Below, one piece after another: positions 1 through 9,972 of a stretch of 64,000 nucleotides of DNA. Each line of letters opens with the position of its first letter. Position 1 is the stretch's first letter. The translations under genes and the position numbers were made by a program. The notes under the pieces were generated by a model. It ran no database searches. It was not told the DNA's origin and worked only from the letters and a program-made list of their open reading frames with translations. Source of the stretch: an uncultured Gemmataceae bacterium (GTDB lineage Bacteria; Planctomycetota; Planctomycetia; Gemmatales; Gemmataceae); the NCBI GenBank assembly GCA_963750165.1, contig CAVVPN010000011.1:352001-416000 (forward strand). The letters are read 5' to 3'.

Positions 1-47
1 CGTCCGCTCTGCGGTGGTGCTTGGCGAAATCGCTTACGTCGAGCCAG

Positions 48-1328
48 CTACGCCCCCTGCGACTCCGCCGACCCCGTCCCCTTGATGTCCCGAACGCTGA
101 CGGTGCCCGCTTGCTGAAGTTGAATCACCCGGGCGCGGGAGGCGCCATTCCGACGCTGTTCTTTCCTGGTGTAGTTGATGGCGATGGCGAACTCGGCAGG
201 TAAGGGGGCGGAAACAGGCTTTTGCCTGCCACGCGGCGCCAACAGGGCTTGCCGCAAGCACCGACCGAGCACCTCGCCAAAAACCACAGGCACGGCGTTG
301 CCGATTTGCCGGAACTGACTGGCCCGGCCGCCGACAAACTGCCACGCTGCGGGAAACCCCTGCAGGGCCGCACACTCCCGCCAGGTTAAGCGTCGGAACG
401 CCCCGTCCGGAAGGCGAACCCAGTCCTGGCTCGCCGAGGCGGTGACGGTTCGCGCGGGCAGCGACAAATCGGCGATGAAGGTCCCCTGCCTGTACCCCCA
501 ATGACCTCCGGGCCGGGTGGTTTCCCTGGCCCCGGCGCTGCGCAGCCCGGTACCCTCGGAGAGGGCCTGTAGCTGAACGGCCAGCGTTGCTGAGGGACGA
601 ACCACGTCTGCCGGTGCTGGTTCCGGCTGGGAGGCCAGGAAGTCGCGCAAACAAACCCAGGGCCGCCGCGGATCAAACAGGCTCGGTTCGGGGTGTTCGG
701 CATGGGTGGGTTCGGGGAACGGCGGGACGGCCACGTCCCGCGCGGCCATCATGAAGCAGCGGACGCGGCGCTGGGGACAACCGTAGTCCGCGGCGTTGAG
801 CAGGGCGAACCGAGTGGCGTAACCGATCCCTTCAAAAGCCTGCTTGACCATGAACAGGGCCTCGCCTGGTTCGCCCCGCAGCCCGCGCGCTGTGACCAGT
901 CCGCGGACGTTCTCGAAGAGGATCAACCGCGGCTGGAGCAAGCCGGCCAAGCGAACGAAGTATTCAAACAACCGGCCACGGGGGTCGGTGACGGAGCGTA
1001 AATCGCCTGAACTGCTGAACGGCTGGCAAGGCGGCCCACCCGCCATTAAATCGGGTGTCCAGCGGCTGCCCACTCCTGCCGGCCGCAAGTCTTCCGGATT
1101 GATTTGCTCGACGTACCTGGGAACAATTGTCATGTGCTCGAGGTATCTTCGCCTTCCCAGGCCCGGAATGGGAATTTTCGCCTCTCGGTTGCCCACCAGA
1201 GTGGCGACGCAATCCTCGTTGCATTCGGCCGCGGCGACCGTCAGAAACCCGGCCTGTTCCAGTCCCACGTCCAGGCCGCCGGCTCCCGTGAAGAGTGAGA
1301 CGACGGTCGGTCTGGCATCACCCCTCAT
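48..1328 (-). CDS. dcm: DNA (cytosine-5)-methyltransferase
   Basis: C5-MTase motifs in order: SLFTGAGG (I), GGPPCQPFS (IV, catalytic PC), ENVRGL (VI), PQRRVR (VIII), RRLTWRECAALQGFP (IX), QIGNAVP (X). Confidence 0.95.
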   Translation of the reverse strand: MRGDARPTVVSLFTGAGGLDVGLEQAGFLTVAAAECNEDCVATLVGNREAKIPIPGLGRRRYLEHMTIVPRYVEQINPEDLRPAGVGSRWTPDLMAGGPPCQPFSSSGDLRSVTDPRGRLFEYFVRLAGLLQPRLILFENVRGLVTARGLRGEPGEALFMVKQAFEGIGYATRFALLNAADYGCPQRRVRCFMMAARDVAVPPFPEPTHAEHPEPSLFDPRRPWVCLRDFLASQPEPAPADVVRPSATLAVQLQALSEGTGLRSAGARETTRPGGHWGYRQGTFIADLSLPARTVTASASQDWVRLPDGAFRRLTWRECAALQGFPAAWQFVGGRASQFRQIGNAVPVVFGEVLGRCLRQALLAPRGRQKPVSAPLPAEFAIAINYTRKEQRRNGASRARVIQLQQAGTVSVRDIKGTGSAESQGA

Positions 1329-1576
1329 AATTCCCTCTCACCCGCAAGTTCACCGGGTTGATTGACCGCCTCTCAGCATACCATGTCGAGAACGCTTTCA
1401 AGACAGAGCAGGCTCGTCAGGGTTAGCAATAGCTCCAGGAATCCACCTCGGAAAGCGATTTCTTCGCTACTTTTCATTCCTTTGCCAGCCGGCGCCCCGG
1501 CCCAGCGTTTCCCTACAATACCCCCCAGGTGCCGGGAGTGGCCCGGCCCGCCGTCCTGACGACGAAGGAGAATGCC

Positions 1577-2071
1577 ATGAAGGCGACCGACGCGGTCAAG
1601 CTCGCCCTGACCTCCACGCGCGAACTGTGCAACTGGTATCTCAGCGACCTGTCCGACGCCGACCTGCTCATGCGGCCGGTCCCCACGGCGAACCACATCG
1701 CCTGGCAGATGGGCCACCTCATCAGCTCCGAGGCGCACCTCGTCCACGAGGAACTGCCAACCGCGCCCTTCCCCGAACTGCCCGCCGGCTTCAACGACCG
1801 CCACGCCAACCAGAACGCCGGCGTCGAAGCCACCCAGGGCTTTGGCACCAAGGCGGAGTACCTCGCTCTGTTCACCCGCACCCGGGACGCCACCATCGCC
1901 GCCCTGGAGAAACTCAGCGACGCCGACCTCGACCGGCCCACCAAGGGGGGCATGGCCAAGTTCGCGCCGAACCTCGGTGCGCTGTTCCAGCTGCTGGCCA
2001 ACCATACCCTCATGCACGCCGGCCAGTTCTCCGTCGTCCGCCGCAAACTCGGCAAGCCGGTGTTGTTCTGA
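1577..2071 (+). CDS. DinB/YfiT-like four-helix metalloprotein
   Basis: AAGGAG RBS before ATG 1577; NHIAWQMGHL and NHTLMHAGQ carry the DinB His triad; 164 aa. Confidence 0.85.
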   Translation: MKATDAVKLALTSTRELCNWYLSDLSDADLLMRPVPTANHIAWQMGHLISSEAHLVHEELPTAPFPELPAGFNDRHANQNAGVEATQGFGTKAEYLALFTRTRDATIAALEKLSDADLDRPTKGGMAKFAPNLGALFQLLANHTLMHAGQFSVVRRKLGKPVLF

Positions 2072-2081
2072 GCACCATCAT

Positions 2082-2119
2082 CGCTGGCGGCGTAGCGACA
2101 GGACGCTGCGCCGCCAGCG
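2082..2119. repeat. REP-like palindrome, family B (CGCTGGCGGC...GCCGCCAGCG)
   Basis: CGCTGGCGGCGTAGCG-acagga-CGCTGCGCCGCCAGCG; same core at 6100 and 54523. Confidence 0.65.
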
Positions 2120-2165
2120 GCAGCCCTGAAAGCGCTCTTGGCAACACTCGCACCTGCCCGTTACA

Positions 2166-3224
2166 ATGGTGGAGGTATTACGAAGTATTCCCCGCCAGCG
2201 AGGTGCGAACATGGTGGAGCGGCGCGAAGACCACGGCCAATCTTCCGATCCGGTGCTTGCCAAGGGGCGTGGTCGGATTGTAACGGTGGTGTTGGCGCTG
2301 GCGGTGGGCGTGGCGCTGGGGCTGGGCGGCTGCGGCAAGGCGGAGGATCCGTGGGAAAAAGTGCCCGGCGGTGAGCCGCGGGTGCTGGTTTCCTTTCCGC
2401 CGCTGTACTGCTTCGCCAAGAGTGTCGCCGGCGACGAGGTGGCGGTGCTCAGCCTGCTGACCACCGTGGGGCCGCACGACCACCAGCCGGACAACAAGGA
2501 CGCCCTGGCGGTGCGCAAGGCTCGCATCTATTTCGCCAATGGCCTGACCCTGGACGACTCGCTCACCAAGTTGATCGCCAGCGCCGCCGACCCGTCGCTC
2601 AGGTCGGTGGCGGTCGGCAACCTCGGCGTGCCGAGCGACAACCGCATCCGCACCGGCGAAATCAAGCACGGCAACCACACGCACCCGGCCGGCGCCGATC
2701 CGCACGTCTGGCTCGGCATCGACGAGGCCGTCGGCATGGTCAACGTTATCCGCGACACCCTCAAGGAGGTGGACCCGCCGCGCGCCGACGGCTACGACCG
2801 GCGCGCCGCCGCCTACGTCGAGCGGCTGAAAAAGCTGCACGCCGACGGCCTGGCCCTGCTGAAGGACAAAAAGAATCGCAACCTGGTCACCAACCATGAG
2901 TCGCTCGCCTACTTCGCGCGGTCGTTCCAGTTGAACATCGTCGGTTACATCCAGACGCAGCCGGGTGTCAGCGTGGACGGCAAGCACCTGGCGGAACTGG
3001 TGGACCTCTGCCAGAAGCGCGACGTTGGCGTCATCGCCGTGGAGCCGCAGTACAACCGCGCTTCCGCCGACCAGCTGCGCGACGAACTCAAGCGCAACAG
3101 CGTGGACGCAGCGGTCATCGAGATCGACCCGATAGAAACCGCAGAGCCCGACGAGCTGGACGCGGGTTACTACGAACGTGTGATGCGTCGGAACGTGGAA
3201 ACCCTGGCGAAACACTTGAAATGA
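2166..3224 (+). CDS. Zn/Mn ABC transporter substrate-binding lipoprotein (ZnuA/TroA family); start may be 2211
   Basis: Lipobox LGGC, GPHDHQP, NGLTLD, DPHVWL and TNHESLAYFA motifs. Confidence 0.9.
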   Translation: MVEVLRSIPRQRGANMVERREDHGQSSDPVLAKGRGRIVTVVLALAVGVALGLGGCGKAEDPWEKVPGGEPRVLVSFPPLYCFAKSVAGDEVAVLSLLTTVGPHDHQPDNKDALAVRKARIYFANGLTLDDSLTKLIASAADPSLRSVAVGNLGVPSDNRIRTGEIKHGNHTHPAGADPHVWLGIDEAVGMVNVIRDTLKEVDPPRADGYDRRAAAYVERLKKLHADGLALLKDKKNRNLVTNHESLAYFARSFQLNIVGYIQTQPGVSVDGKHLAELVDLCQKRDVGVIAVEPQYNRASADQLRDELKRNSVDAAVIEIDPIETAEPDELDAGYYERVMRRNVETLAKHLK

Positions 3225-4003
3225 CCGATGCACTGGTGAGCCTGTCCCATGTGGGCGTGCGCCTGGGCGGCAAGGACGTTCTGCATGACCTGACCACGAA
3301 CGTGCCGCGCGGCCGCATTACCGCCGTGATGGGTTTGAACGGCTCCGGCAAGACCACGCTGCTGCGCGCGGTCCTGAAGGAAATCCTGTACACCGGGGAT
3401 ATTCGCTTCCACTGCGGTCACGACCACCGGCGGCCGGCGCCGCAGCACGTCGGCTATGTGCCGCAGAAATTGACCATTGACGCCAACCTGCCGCTGACGG
3501 TGCGCGATCTGATGGCCCTGGCGCTGCAGCGGCGGCCGCTGTTTCTGGGCGTCAGCCGTCGGGTCGAGCGCACCATGCTCCACATCCTGACGGGCGTCGG
3601 CGTTCCGAAGCCGGCGCAGATGCTGGACAGCCCGGTCGCCAAAATTTCCGGCGGTGAGCTGCAGCGCGTGCTCATGGGGCTGGCGCTTCACCCGCAGCCG
3701 GAACTGCTGCTGCTGGACGAGCCCGCGGCTGGCATCGATTTCAAGGACCAGGAGAAATTTTACCAGCTGATCCGGCGCGTCAACCAGGAGCACGGCGTCA
3801 CGATCCTGCTGGTGTCGCATGACGTGAGCGTGGTGAGCAAGCTGGTGCATCATGTCATTTGCCTGAGCGACGGGCGCTGTCAGTGCGAGGGGCCGCCGCA
3901 GGAGACGTTGACCGACGCCATGCGGGCGCGGATCTTCGGCGGTGACATGGGGTTATACGTCCACGACCACGCGCACGGCGCCGCGGTGACGAAAAACGAT
4001 TAG
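3221..4003 (+). CDS. Metal ABC transporter ATP-binding protein (ZnuC-like)
   Basis: Walker A GLNGSGKTT, GYVPQ, signature ISGGE, Walker B LLLLDEP, H-loop VSHD; ATGA overlap with the upstream gene. Confidence 0.92.
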   Translation: MTDALVSLSHVGVRLGGKDVLHDLTTNVPRGRITAVMGLNGSGKTTLLRAVLKEILYTGDIRFHCGHDHRRPAPQHVGYVPQKLTIDANLPLTVRDLMALALQRRPLFLGVSRRVERTMLHILTGVGVPKPAQMLDSPVAKISGGELQRVLMGLALHPQPELLLLDEPAAGIDFKDQEKFYQLIRRVNQEHGVTILLVSHDVSVVSKLVHHVICLSDGRCQCEGPPQETLTDAMRARIFGGDMGLYVHDHAHGAAVTKND

Positions 4004-4021
4004 CGGCCGCCGGGCCAAACG

Positions 4022-4070
4022 AGAACCCGTTTACGTTTCGCGCGGACTCGGCGAAACGTAAACGGGTTCT
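4022..4070. repeat. REP-like perfect 20-bp inverted repeat, family A; possible terminator between convergent genes
   Basis: AGAACCCGTTTACGTTTCGC-N9-GCGAAACGTAAACGGGTTCT; core recurs at 15774. Confidence 0.85.
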
Positions 4071-4095
4071 GGTGTTGTGCGACGACGGCGCACCG

Positions 4096-4305
4096 TTAAC
4101 TGACAGTCTGGGTGGCCTCGGACAGCGGCGGCCATTCTTTTTCGAGGCCCTCATCCTCAATCTGACGCAGTTGCGCGTCGGTGATTTCAAACTTCTCGGT
4201 GACGAGTTGGTACGACTTACGCACGTTGCCGACGGTGTCCTGGGTGGTCACCAACGTGTGAAAGATTTCCTGGCGTTGCTGAGATGTCAAACGTTTGGCC
4301 CGCAC
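4096..4305 (-). CDS. Small hypothetical protein (69 aa)
   Basis: AAGGAG RBS 7 nt before GTG; natural-looking helical sequence RQEIFHTLVTTQD...LRQIEDEGLEKEWPPL. Confidence 0.75.
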   Translation of the reverse strand: MRAKRLTSQQRQEIFHTLVTTQDTVGNVRKSYQLVTEKFEITDAQLRQIEDEGLEKEWPPLSEATQTVS

Positions 4306-4705
4306 GATGGTTCTCCTTCGGAAGTGAACTGGCGCCAGGGTGGGGTCACCCGGGAGCGCAACCTCGGCACAATCCTTGTGGATGGTTTCCGCAGAATCGA
4401 GTTCCAGGGGAGTGGTGGATTGCTCAGAGGTGGGTCTGAGGAATCGGCAGTCGCGTATATTCCCGCGACGCCACTCTGGCCACACAGGGCACCTGGAGGG
4501 AAAGGCGACTCCTCCCTTACCGCGGAGGTGGATTCTCACACCTCACGTTTTTAAGTATACTCAAACCCGCGACGGAACGTATGCAAAAATCCGGGAATTT
4601 TCCGTGCAGGTCGCCGGTGCAGCCTGTACCTTGGGCAAATCAGCCGTTGGTGGTGGTGGCACCGCTCGCGTGCCGAGGTTCGCCCCCGGAAAAGGAACGA
4701 AGATC

Positions 4706-6076
4706 ATGCAACGCACGTTTGTCTGCCTGGGCCTGGCGCTGGCCGCCTGGGCCCTGTCGGCCGCGCCCGTCACCTCCGACCCCGCCGCGCAACCCCCTGC
4801 CGGCAAAGACACCTGGGCGCCGCGGGTGCAGCGCATCAACCAGATCATCGATAAGGAACTGCCCGCCCTGGAGCAGCTGTACAAGCAGCTGCACGCCAAC
4901 CCCGAACTGGCCTTTGAGGAGACGAAGACGGCAGCCCGGCTGGCGAAGGAGCTGAAGGCCCTCGGCTTCGAGGTGACGACCGGCGTCGGCGGCACCGGGG
5001 TCGTCGGCGTGCTCAAGAACGGCAAGGGGCCGACGGTGCTGGTGCGCACGGACATGGACGCACTGCCGGTGACGGAGACGACAGGGCTGTCGTATGCCAG
5101 CAAGCGGCGGCAGCGCGACAAGGAAGGCAAGGACGTGGGCCTGATGCACGCCTGCGGCCACGACATGCACATGACCTGCTGGGTGGGCACGGCCCGCACG
5201 TTGGTGGCGCTGAAGCAGCAGTGGCGCGGCACCCTGGTGTTCATCGGTCAGCCGGCGGAGGAGGTCGGTGGCGGGGCGCGGCGGATGCTCAAGGACGGTC
5301 TGTTCGAGCGCTTCCCACGGCCGGACTTCTGCCTGGCGCTGCACTGCGACGGCCGCCATGCTCACGGCCAGCTGTCGTACTCCGAGGGGCTGCTCATGGC
5401 CAACGTCGATACCATCGACATCACCGTCAAGGGCAAGGGCGGCCACGGCTCGGCGCCGCACACGACCATTGACCCCATCGTGCTGGCGGCCAAAATCATC
5501 CTCGATTTGCAGACCATCGTGAGCCGTGAGGTCAACCCGACCGAGTCCGCGGTGGTGACGGTCGGCTCGATCCACGGCGGCACCAAGCACAACATTATCG
5601 GCAGTGAGGTAAAGTTGCAGCTGACGGTGCGCACGCTCAAGGACTCCGTGCGCAAGCAGGTGCTGGACGCGATCGTGCGCATCACCAGGGCGGCGGCGGT
5701 CGGGGCGCGGGCGCCGGAGCCGGCGATCAAGCTCAACCTGGACGACTACACGCCAGCGGTGTTCAACAACGCGGCGCTGGCAAAGAAGACAACCGCGGTG
5801 TTTCGCGAGGTGTTCGGCAAGGACCGCGTTCACGAACAGGGGCCGGTGATGGGCGGTGAGGACTTTGGGTTGCTCGGCCGGGCGGGCGTGCCGATCTTCT
5901 TTTACTTCCTGGGCACGGTGGCGCCGGAGAAGGTCGCGGCGGCGGCGAAGGGTGGCGAACCGCTGCCATCGTTGCACTCGGACAAGTATTATCCGGTGTA
6001 CGAGCCGTCAATCCGCACCGGCGTGCTGAGCATGAGCGTGGCGGTGCTGAATTTGCTGGACCGCAAGGAACCGTGA
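4706..6076 (+). CDS. M20D amidohydrolase (hippurate hydrolase-like) with signal peptide
   Basis: LHANPELAFEE, RTDMDALP, MHACGHD, QPAEE, GKGGHGS, GGEDF and LHS motifs. Confidence 0.93.
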   Translation: MQRTFVCLGLALAAWALSAAPVTSDPAAQPPAGKDTWAPRVQRINQIIDKELPALEQLYKQLHANPELAFEETKTAARLAKELKALGFEVTTGVGGTGVVGVLKNGKGPTVLVRTDMDALPVTETTGLSYASKRRQRDKEGKDVGLMHACGHDMHMTCWVGTARTLVALKQQWRGTLVFIGQPAEEVGGGARRMLKDGLFERFPRPDFCLALHCDGRHAHGQLSYSEGLLMANVDTIDITVKGKGGHGSAPHTTIDPIVLAAKIILDLQTIVSREVNPTESAVVTVGSIHGGTKHNIIGSEVKLQLTVRTLKDSVRKQVLDAIVRITRAAAVGARAPEPAIKLNLDDYTPAVFNNAALAKKTTAVFREVFGKDRVHEQGPVMGGEDFGLLGRAGVPIFFYFLGTVAPEKVAAAAKGGEPLPSLHSDKYYPVYEPSIRTGVLSMSVAVLNLLDRKEP

Positions 6077-6099
6077 GGGTAGGGGCTCTGTTACTCGTT

Positions 6100-6130
6100 C
6101 CGCCGCTGGCGGCCAGGCCGCCAGCGGCGG
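6100..6130. repeat. REP-like palindrome, family B
   Basis: CCGCCGCTGGCGGCC-A-GGCCGCCAGCGGCGG, perfect 15-bp arms. Confidence 0.75.
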
Positions 6131-6312
6131 GACGATGCGGAGGCGCGTCAACCCGCTTTTTCCACCGCTGGCGTCTTCGCGCTCTGCGTCCCTCCTGCCG
6201 CCGCCTGTTAAAATAACTGCACCACGAACCTGGCGCCCGGAATGGATGTGTCCCGCGAACGGGATTTCGTCGTGGGCTGGTGCAGTCCCCACACGCGCAG
6301 CGAGGGTTCGCC

Positions 6313-7815
6313 ATGAACCGCAGTATCCTGATCCAGCTCACCATCCCGGCGGTGGTGGGTGGCCTGCTCATCTCCAGCCTGTGCCTGGTCGGCGCCTGGC
6401 ACGTGCAGCAGCTGCAGCAGAACCTCGTCGATATCCTGGCCGAAAACGTCGCCAGCATGCGCGCCGCCCAGCAGCTGGAGGTGAGCGTCCGCCGGCTCCG
6501 CTTCCACTGCCTCTTCTACCTGATCGACCCCAACCCCGAGTCGCTGGAGGCCATCCACGCTGACCAGCTGGCCTTCGAACACTGGCTCCGCCGCGCCGAC
6601 GAGTTGGGCACCACGGCGGAGGAGCGCGACTACGTCCGAAACATGCGCGCGGGCTACGAGCGTTACCTGCGCGAGTTCGAGCAACTCCGCAAGGAGCTGG
6701 ACCGCACCGGGCTGCGCCGCGACTTCCGCAGGTTGGCCGCCGACGAGGATCCCATCCGCCATGTCATCGACCCGTCCCGGGAATACCAGCGCGTCAACGA
6801 GGAGTTGATGAGCCACACCGCCCAGGAGAGCAACCGCATTGGTCAGCAGCTTCGCCTGGCGATGTTCCTGCTTGGCGTGGGCGGCCCGCTCGGCGGTCTG
6901 CTGGGCGGCTACGGCATCGCCCTGGGGCTGCGCCGCCGCCTGCACCGCCTCAGCGTCCGCATCCACGATGTCACCAGCCGGCTCGACCAGGACGTGGCCA
7001 CCGTCAGCCTGAGTCCCGACGGCGACCTGGGCAATCTCGACCGTCAGTTGCAGCACGTCGTTCAGCTGGTCAGCGACGTGACCGACCGCGCCCAGCGCCA
7101 GCAGCGCGACCTGCTCCGCGCCCAGCAACTGGCCGCCGTCGGCCAGCTCGCCGCCAGCGTGGCCCACGAGATCCGCAACCCGCTCACCTCCATCAAGCTG
7201 CTGGTCGAGGCGGCCCTGCGCGATCAGAAGCCGCGGCCGTTCACCCCCGAGAACCTCAAGGTGGTCCACGCCGAAATCCTCCGTCTGGAACAGACCGTGC
7301 AGCACTTCCTCGACCTGGCCCGGCCGCCGGCCCTGCAGCGCCGGCCCGACGACCTGCGCGAGGTCGTCGCCCGGGCGGTCGAACTGGTCCACGGCCGCGC
7401 CCGCCAGCAGCACGTGGAGGTGGCCGTCCATTGCCCCGACGCCGCGGTGACCGGCGCGGTGGACGCCAATCAGCTGTGTACGGTCCTGGTCAACCTCTTC
7501 CTGAACGCGCTGGACGCCATGCCGGGTGGCGGCCGTCTGGAGGTGTGTCTGGAGCCGGTGCCGGCCGGCGCCCGCGTCACGGTGACCGACACCGGCCCCG
7601 GCATCAGCCCGGCGATGGCCGGCCGGCTGTTCACGCCGTTCGCCAGCACCAAACCGACTGGCAGCGGCCTGGGCCTGAGCGTGTCGCGCCGCATCGTCGA
7701 GGAACACGGCGGCCGCATCACCGCCGCCGACCGCCCGACCAGCGGCGCCTGTTTCATTATCACCCTGCCCGCGCCCGTGACCGAGGAACGCCATGTCAAC
7801 CTTGCTGGTCATTGA
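6313..7815 (+). CDS. Membrane sensor histidine kinase (NtrB/AtoS-like)
   Basis: Two TM segments around a helical periplasmic domain; H-box AHEIRNPL, N-box NLFLNALDA, DTGPGI, GSGLGL. Confidence 0.93.
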   Translation: MNRSILIQLTIPAVVGGLLISSLCLVGAWHVQQLQQNLVDILAENVASMRAAQQLEVSVRRLRFHCLFYLIDPNPESLEAIHADQLAFEHWLRRADELGTTAEERDYVRNMRAGYERYLREFEQLRKELDRTGLRRDFRRLAADEDPIRHVIDPSREYQRVNEELMSHTAQESNRIGQQLRLAMFLLGVGGPLGGLLGGYGIALGLRRRLHRLSVRIHDVTSRLDQDVATVSLSPDGDLGNLDRQLQHVVQLVSDVTDRAQRQQRDLLRAQQLAAVGQLAASVAHEIRNPLTSIKLLVEAALRDQKPRPFTPENLKVVHAEILRLEQTVQHFLDLARPPALQRRPDDLREVVARAVELVHGRARQQHVEVAVHCPDAAVTGAVDANQLCTVLVNLFLNALDAMPGGGRLEVCLEPVPAGARVTVTDTGPGISPAMAGRLFTPFASTKPTGSGLGLSVSRRIVEEHGGRITAADRPTSGACFIITLPAPVTEERHVNLAGH

Positions 7816-9244
7816 CGATGAGGAGAGCGTCCGTTACTCCTTCCGCTACGTCTTCGAGGAGGACGGCGTGCAGGTGCTGACCGCGGGCACCGGGGCCGAG
7901 GGCCTGGAACTGGTCCGCGCCCACAGCCCGGACGTCGTGGTGCTGGACATCCAGCTGCCGGATCGCTCCGGCCTGGAGGTCTTCCAGGATCTGCAGGCGC
8001 TGGACTGCAAGCGGCCGGTGATCTTCATCACGGCACACGGCACCACCGAGACGGCCATCGAGGCCATGAAGCAGGGTGCCTTCGACTACCTGGTCAAGCC
8101 CGTGGATCTCGACCGCCTGAGCCAGCTCCTGGCCCGCGCTTTCGAGGCGGCCCGGCTGATGCGGGTGCCGGCGCTGCTGCCGGTCGAGGAGCGCGGCGAC
8201 CGCATCGTTGGCCACAGTCCGGTCATGCAGGAGATGTGCAAGGCCATTGGCCGCGTGGCGCCGCAGGATGTGAACGTGCTCATCCTGGGCGAGAGTGGCA
8301 CCGGCAAGGAACTGGTCGCCCGCGCTCTGTACCACCATAGCCGCCGCGCCGACCGGCCCTTCCTGGCGATCAACTGTGCCGCCATCCCCGAGGCGCTGCT
8401 GGAGAGCGAACTGTTCGGCCACGAGCAGGGAGCGTTCACCGGCGCCAGCCGCCGCCGCATCGGTAAGTTCGAGCAGTGCGACGGCGGCACGCTGTTCCTC
8501 GACGAGATCGGTGACATGGTGCCGGCACTGCAAGCGAAGATTCTGCGCGTGCTGCAGGAGCAGCGCTTCGAGCGGCTGGGCGGCAACGAGGTCGTGCAGA
8601 CGCACGTGCGCGTGTTGGCGGCCACCAACCAGTCGCTGGAAGAGGCCGTGGCGGCGAGCCGGTTCCGCAACGATCTGTATTACCGGCTCAAGGGCGTGAC
8701 CATCCGCGTGCCGCCGCTGCGCGAGCGCCTGGAGGACGTGCCCCAGCTGGCGGAGTATTTTCTGTTCCGATTCCAGCGCGACCTGGGCATGGACCTGCGC
8801 AGCTTCGCGCCGGAGGCGCTGGAGCTACTCCAGGCGTATCCCTGGCCCGGCAACGTCCGCGAATTGCAGGGGGTGGTGCGCGAGGCCATGTTCCGCGCCA
8901 GCGGGCATGTGGTGCTGGCGGAGTTCTTGCCACCGGAGTTGCACCAGCCGAAGCCCGTCGGCCCCGGCCCCGCCGCTCCTGCCGCCCTGGGCTTCGACCT
9001 GATCGGCCTGGTTGAAGGGTTGCTCGCGCGCGGCGAGAAGGACATTTACTCCCAAATGGTAGCGGCTCTCGACCGGCTGGTGCTGCCCCGGGTGCTGCGG
9101 CACACTCAGGGCCACCAGACGCAGGCGAGCGAGCGGCTCGGCCTCAGCCGCAACACGCTGCGGCAGAAGTTAAGGGGCCTCGGCCTGGCCGTGGACCGGG
9201 TGTTGACCGAAAGCGCCAGTGAGGACACGACCGGCGAGGGGTAA
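7793..9244 (+). CDS. Sigma-54-dependent response regulator (NtrC/AtoC family)
   Basis: Receiver domain, GESGTGKE, GAFTGA loop, LFLDEIG, WPGNVREL, C-terminal Fis-type HTH. Confidence 0.95.
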   Translation: MSTLLVIDDEESVRYSFRYVFEEDGVQVLTAGTGAEGLELVRAHSPDVVVLDIQLPDRSGLEVFQDLQALDCKRPVIFITAHGTTETAIEAMKQGAFDYLVKPVDLDRLSQLLARAFEAARLMRVPALLPVEERGDRIVGHSPVMQEMCKAIGRVAPQDVNVLILGESGTGKELVARALYHHSRRADRPFLAINCAAIPEALLESELFGHEQGAFTGASRRRIGKFEQCDGGTLFLDEIGDMVPALQAKILRVLQEQRFERLGGNEVVQTHVRVLAATNQSLEEAVAASRFRNDLYYRLKGVTIRVPPLRERLEDVPQLAEYFLFRFQRDLGMDLRSFAPEALELLQAYPWPGNVRELQGVVREAMFRASGHVVLAEFLPPELHQPKPVGPGPAAPAALGFDLIGLVEGLLARGEKDIYSQMVAALDRLVLPRVLRHTQGHQTQASERLGLSRNTLRQKLRGLGLAVDRVLTESASEDTTGEG

Positions 9245-9471
9245 TCCGGATCAGACCCAGGCCACTTGCTAGACCTGACCAGAATATGCCCGAACCGAAG
9301 AGCCTGGTGAGGATATTTTTTCACCCGCAATGGTCATTCCTTCATCGAATGGGAAAAAAGTGACCGTTTCCCCGGCTGTTCCAGAGTCAATCATTTCGGT
9401 GGCAAACTGGTCATTCGCCTTATCACCAATCTCATTAATAACTTGTGAGGACAAGTTTTTTTGAGTGGTCG

Positions 9472-9487
9472 TGGCACATTGATTGCT
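9472..9487 (+). promoter_or_regulatory. Sigma-54 (-24/-12) promoter
   Basis: TGGCAC-ATTGA-TTGCT matches TGGCAC-N5-TTGCW, in an AT-rich tract downstream of the enhancer-binding-protein gene. Confidence 0.8.
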
Positions 9488-9660
9488 CAGGTTCTCACAA
9501 CTTTCATTAATTCTTTCTAACTGGGTGTTAATCCTCCTCTCATCAAAAAGAGGACCTGTCCGGGGTGCTGCCTCCGACAAGGGTTGCGGTTCCCCTGAGC
9601 GACTGTCCGCGGTGCGCTTCGCGGACGGCCACGCTGAGATTGCGTCCGTTCAACTGAGTT

Positions 9661-9819
9661 GGCACAGGCTAAAGCCTGCGGCTGTGGGGCAATAAAGGAC
9701 CGCACCCTTTCGTCGCAGGTCGGTGCAGGCGCAGGTTCCGACCTGCGGCCGCGGAGCACAAAGGACCGCACCCTTTCGTCAACCGCAGGCTCCAGTAGCC
9801 GCAGACTTTAGCCTGTGCC
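9661..9819. repeat. Composite REP doublet (REPIN/BIME-like)
   Basis: Outer inverted pair GGCACAGGCTAAAGCCTGCGGCT / AGCCGCAGACTTTAGCCTGTGCC (1 mismatch; right copy begins GTAG). It encloses two direct copies of AAAGGACCGCACCCTTTCGTC and a GCAGGTCGG/CCGACCTGC hairpin. Confidence 0.75.
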
Positions 9820-9972
9820 CGGTTCGGGGCCGACGCTGGAAACCAACCGCGAACACGCACTCCGTGTGCGTGTTGACGATTGTCAAAACCCCACACCATC
9901 CGTGCATCGGCCGCGGACGGCCCGTACGTCGTCCGCCGGTTGTTTTATTCATCCTGTTCAAGGGAGGTTCTC

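Noticed and set aside
9269..9580. 103-aa minus-strand ORF
   Set aside because: It overlaps the AT-rich promoter/enhancer region, has atypical codons and shows no recognisable motif.
9659..9676. Second sigma-54 promoter TTGGCACAGGCTAAAGC
   Set aside because: GG-to-GC spacing is off by one, TTGC is absent, and the sequence is part of a REP arm.
9500..9970. Known riboswitch (e.g. c-di-GMP) in the DUF1559 leader
   Set aside because: Hairpins are present but I could not recognise any riboswitch consensus; most of the structure is explained by repeats.
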